Positions 62,327 to 64,000 of a stretch of DNA of 64,000 bases are shown here, piece by piece; position 1 is the stretch's first letter, and each line of letters opens with the position of its first letter. The notes under the pieces were generated by a model. That model made no database searches and had not been told where the DNA came from. It was given only the letters and a program-made list of their open reading frames with translations. Both the position numbers and the translations under genes were made by a program. The stretch comes from an uncultured Chloroflexia bacterium (lineage in GTDB: Bacteria; Chloroflexota; Limnocylindria; QHBO01): positions 512,001-576,000 of the forward strand of contig CAWHAZ010000005.1 in assembly GCA_963827475.1 (NCBI GenBank), read 5' to 3'.

Positions 62327-63354
62327 CCGGGAAGGACGCGGTCGGGCGGTTCGGCGCGACCGATGAGGTCCTGACCGGCCAGACCGCAGACGTCTACTTC
62401 GAGCGCGCCCAGGCCATCCTCAAGGCCGAGCACCTCGACCCGGTGGTCACGATGGAGGTGTTCTCCCGCGACGCGGGAATCCTCTGCGGCGCTGCCGAGG
62501 TCCATGCCTTCCTCGGCCAGGTCCTCGGCCCGGGCAACGGCCATGACCCAGCGCCGGTGGTCGAGTCGCTGTCCGACGGCGACTCCTTCGAGTCGAAGGA
62601 GGTCGTCATGCGCATCGAGGCGCGCTACTCGGCCTTCGGCCTGTACGAGACCGCCGTCCTCGGCACGCTGGCCCAATGCTCGGGCTGGGCGACGGCCGCC
62701 CGACGCATCGTGGATGCCGCGTCGCCGATCCCGGTCATCGGCTTCGGCGCCCGCCACGTCCACCCGAGCGTGGCCGACCAGATGGACTACGCCAGCGTGG
62801 TCGGCGGCTGCATCGGTGCGTCCACCCCCGCCGGGGCGCGGATGGCGGGCCTGTCGCCGACCGGGACCATGCCCCACGCCCTGGTTCTGATCTTCGGCGA
62901 CACGGTGCGCGCGGCCGAGGCCTTCGACCGCCACATCGATCCGGACGTGCCGCGCATCGTCCTGGTCGACACCTTCAAGGACGAGGCGGAGGAGTCGCTC
63001 CGCGTGGCGGAAGCGCTCGGGGAGCGGCTGTGGGGCGTCCGCCTCGACACCCCCTCGGAGCGTGGCCGGGTCACACCGGATCTCGTCACCGAGGTCCGTG
63101 CTCGCCTCGACCTGGCCGGGCATGGCCACGTGAAGATCGTGGTGTCCGGCGGGCTGGACGCGGAGCGCATCGGTGTGTTCAAGGAGGCCGGCGCCCCGGT
63201 TGACTCGTTCGCGGTGGGCTCCGCCATCTCGGACGCCAGCCCGATCGACTTCACCGGCGACCTGAAGGAGATCGACGGCCGCCCGATCGCCAAGCGGGGC
63301 CGGATCCCGGGCCGCACCGAGAACCCCCGGCTCCAGCGCCTCGAGCTCGGCTAG
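62323..63354 (+). CDS. pncB: Nicotinate phosphoribosyltransferase
   Basis: TADVYF, FGARHVHP, GTMPH, LVDTF, VRLDTP, VSGG, AKRG. Confidence 0.9.
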   Translation: MTGKDAVGRFGATDEVLTGQTADVYFERAQAILKAEHLDPVVTMEVFSRDAGILCGAAEVHAFLGQVLGPGNGHDPAPVVESLSDGDSFESKEVVMRIEARYSAFGLYETAVLGTLAQCSGWATAARRIVDAASPIPVIGFGARHVHPSVADQMDYASVVGGCIGASTPAGARMAGLSPTGTMPHALVLIFGDTVRAAEAFDRHIDPDVPRIVLVDTFKDEAEESLRVAEALGERLWGVRLDTPSERGRVTPDLVTEVRARLDLAGHGHVKIVVSGGLDAERIGVFKEAGAPVDSFAVGSAISDASPIDFTGDLKEIDGRPIAKRGRIPGRTENPRLQRLELG

Positions 63355-63881
63355 GCGCGGCCCATCCGGCGTGCGAACCAGTAGATCGCGACCAGGGACT
63401 TCGCGTCGCTGATCACCCCGCCGGCGACCGCCTCCAGCGACTGGTCGAGGCTCAGCCACTCCAGCTCCAGCGACTCGTCCTCCGGCCCGGATGCGGTCGT
63501 CGGCGCCAGGTCGGTGGCCAGCCACACGGTGAGGTACTCGGTGCAGAACCCCGGCGCGGTCCAGAAGCCGGGGCCGGCCTCCCACGTCGCGGCGGTCACC
63601 CCGCACTCCTCGGCCAGCTCGCGCGCCGCGGTTTCGTGCGGCTCCTCGCCCGGGTCCCGTGTCCCGGCCGGGATCTCCAGCGTCTCGCGTGCGGCTGCCT
63701 GGCGCCACTGGCGGACCACGGCCATCCGCTCACCGTCCCAGGCCACGATTCCGACCGCGCCGGGATGCTCGACGATCTCGCGGCTCGCCGGCCGTCCATC
63801 GGCCATCTCCACCTCGTCCACCCGGACGTTCAGCAGCCGCCCCTCGAAGACCCGGCGGGTGGACGTGGTCCGTTCCTCCAT
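63351..63881 (-). CDS. nudF: Nudix hydrolase, ADP-ribose pyrophosphatase-like
   Basis: REIVEHPGAV, EIPAG..DPGE....AARELAEECG, PGF, DAKS. Confidence 0.88.
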   Translation of the reverse strand: MEERTTSTRRVFEGRLLNVRVDEVEMADGRPASREIVEHPGAVGIVAWDGERMAVVRQWRQAAARETLEIPAGTRDPGEEPHETAARELAEECGVTAATWEAGPGFWTAPGFCTEYLTVWLATDLAPTTASGPEDESLELEWLSLDQSLEAVAGGVISDAKSLVAIYWFARRMGRA

Positions 63882-63959
63882 GGGCCGATCTTGCCACGCC
63901 GGCAGGCCCATCGGGCCGCTTCCGGCCCCGCGCTCGGCGGCTGCTAGCATCGACGGGTC

Positions 63960-64000
63960 GTGATCTCGGTCGCAGGGCTCGAGCGCCGGTTCCGGACGGT
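63960..64000 (+). CDS. Start of a probable ABC transporter ATP-binding protein (partial)
   Basis: GTG ISVAGLERRFRT preceded by a TAGCAT -10 box. Confidence 0.4.
   Translation, partial: MISVAGLERRFRT

Overview
Very GC-rich (roughly 70%+ by eye), gene-dense bacterial chromosome segment of about 62 protein genes. The gene content and protein styles suggest Chloroflexota, possibly Limnocylindria/Ellin6529 (inference only). In order: sugar-phosphate genes (manC end, DUF374 acyltransferase, PGM/PMM, PGI/PMI); cobalamin riboswitch + btuFCD; AI-2E transporter; trpS; a birA-ECF sigma-anti-sigma-accDA-[Lys-less BCCP]-accC-fabZ-fabF-accB-fabH-fabG operon; sodN/sodX; deoC and a split ALDH16-like pair with nitrobindin/ECF/ogt between them; serA; mgtE with a structured leader; a CGNR regulator with a divergent small ORF; polX; a TPR protein; a 945-aa pseudo-methyltransferase/nuclease; csoR; yyaL; yjbQ; LCP; two adenosine deaminases; a PIG-L protein; mrp; a BMP nucleoside ABC transporter; a HAD phosphatase; pepA; prepilin peptidase; a class A PBP; glgC; pncB; a Nudix hydrolase. 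I saw no rRNA, tRNA, CRISPR array or mobile element. At least 10 genes carry single-base frameshifts, most likely long-read consensus errors. Best candidates for undescribed biology: (1) polX / TPR-HIRAN-like / dead DNA methyltransferase + PD-(D/E)xK-like fusion ending in a beta-clamp-type motif (QLTMF), a possible domesticated RM-derived DNA repair module; (2) a non-biotinylatable BCCP paralog resembling plant BADC inside an ACC operon that may be ECF-controlled; (3) twin GTAAC-N20-GTTAC operators at the CGNR/small-protein divergon; (4) a uORF/anti-SD attenuator upstream of mgtE. All calls come from reading motifs by eye; no searches were run.
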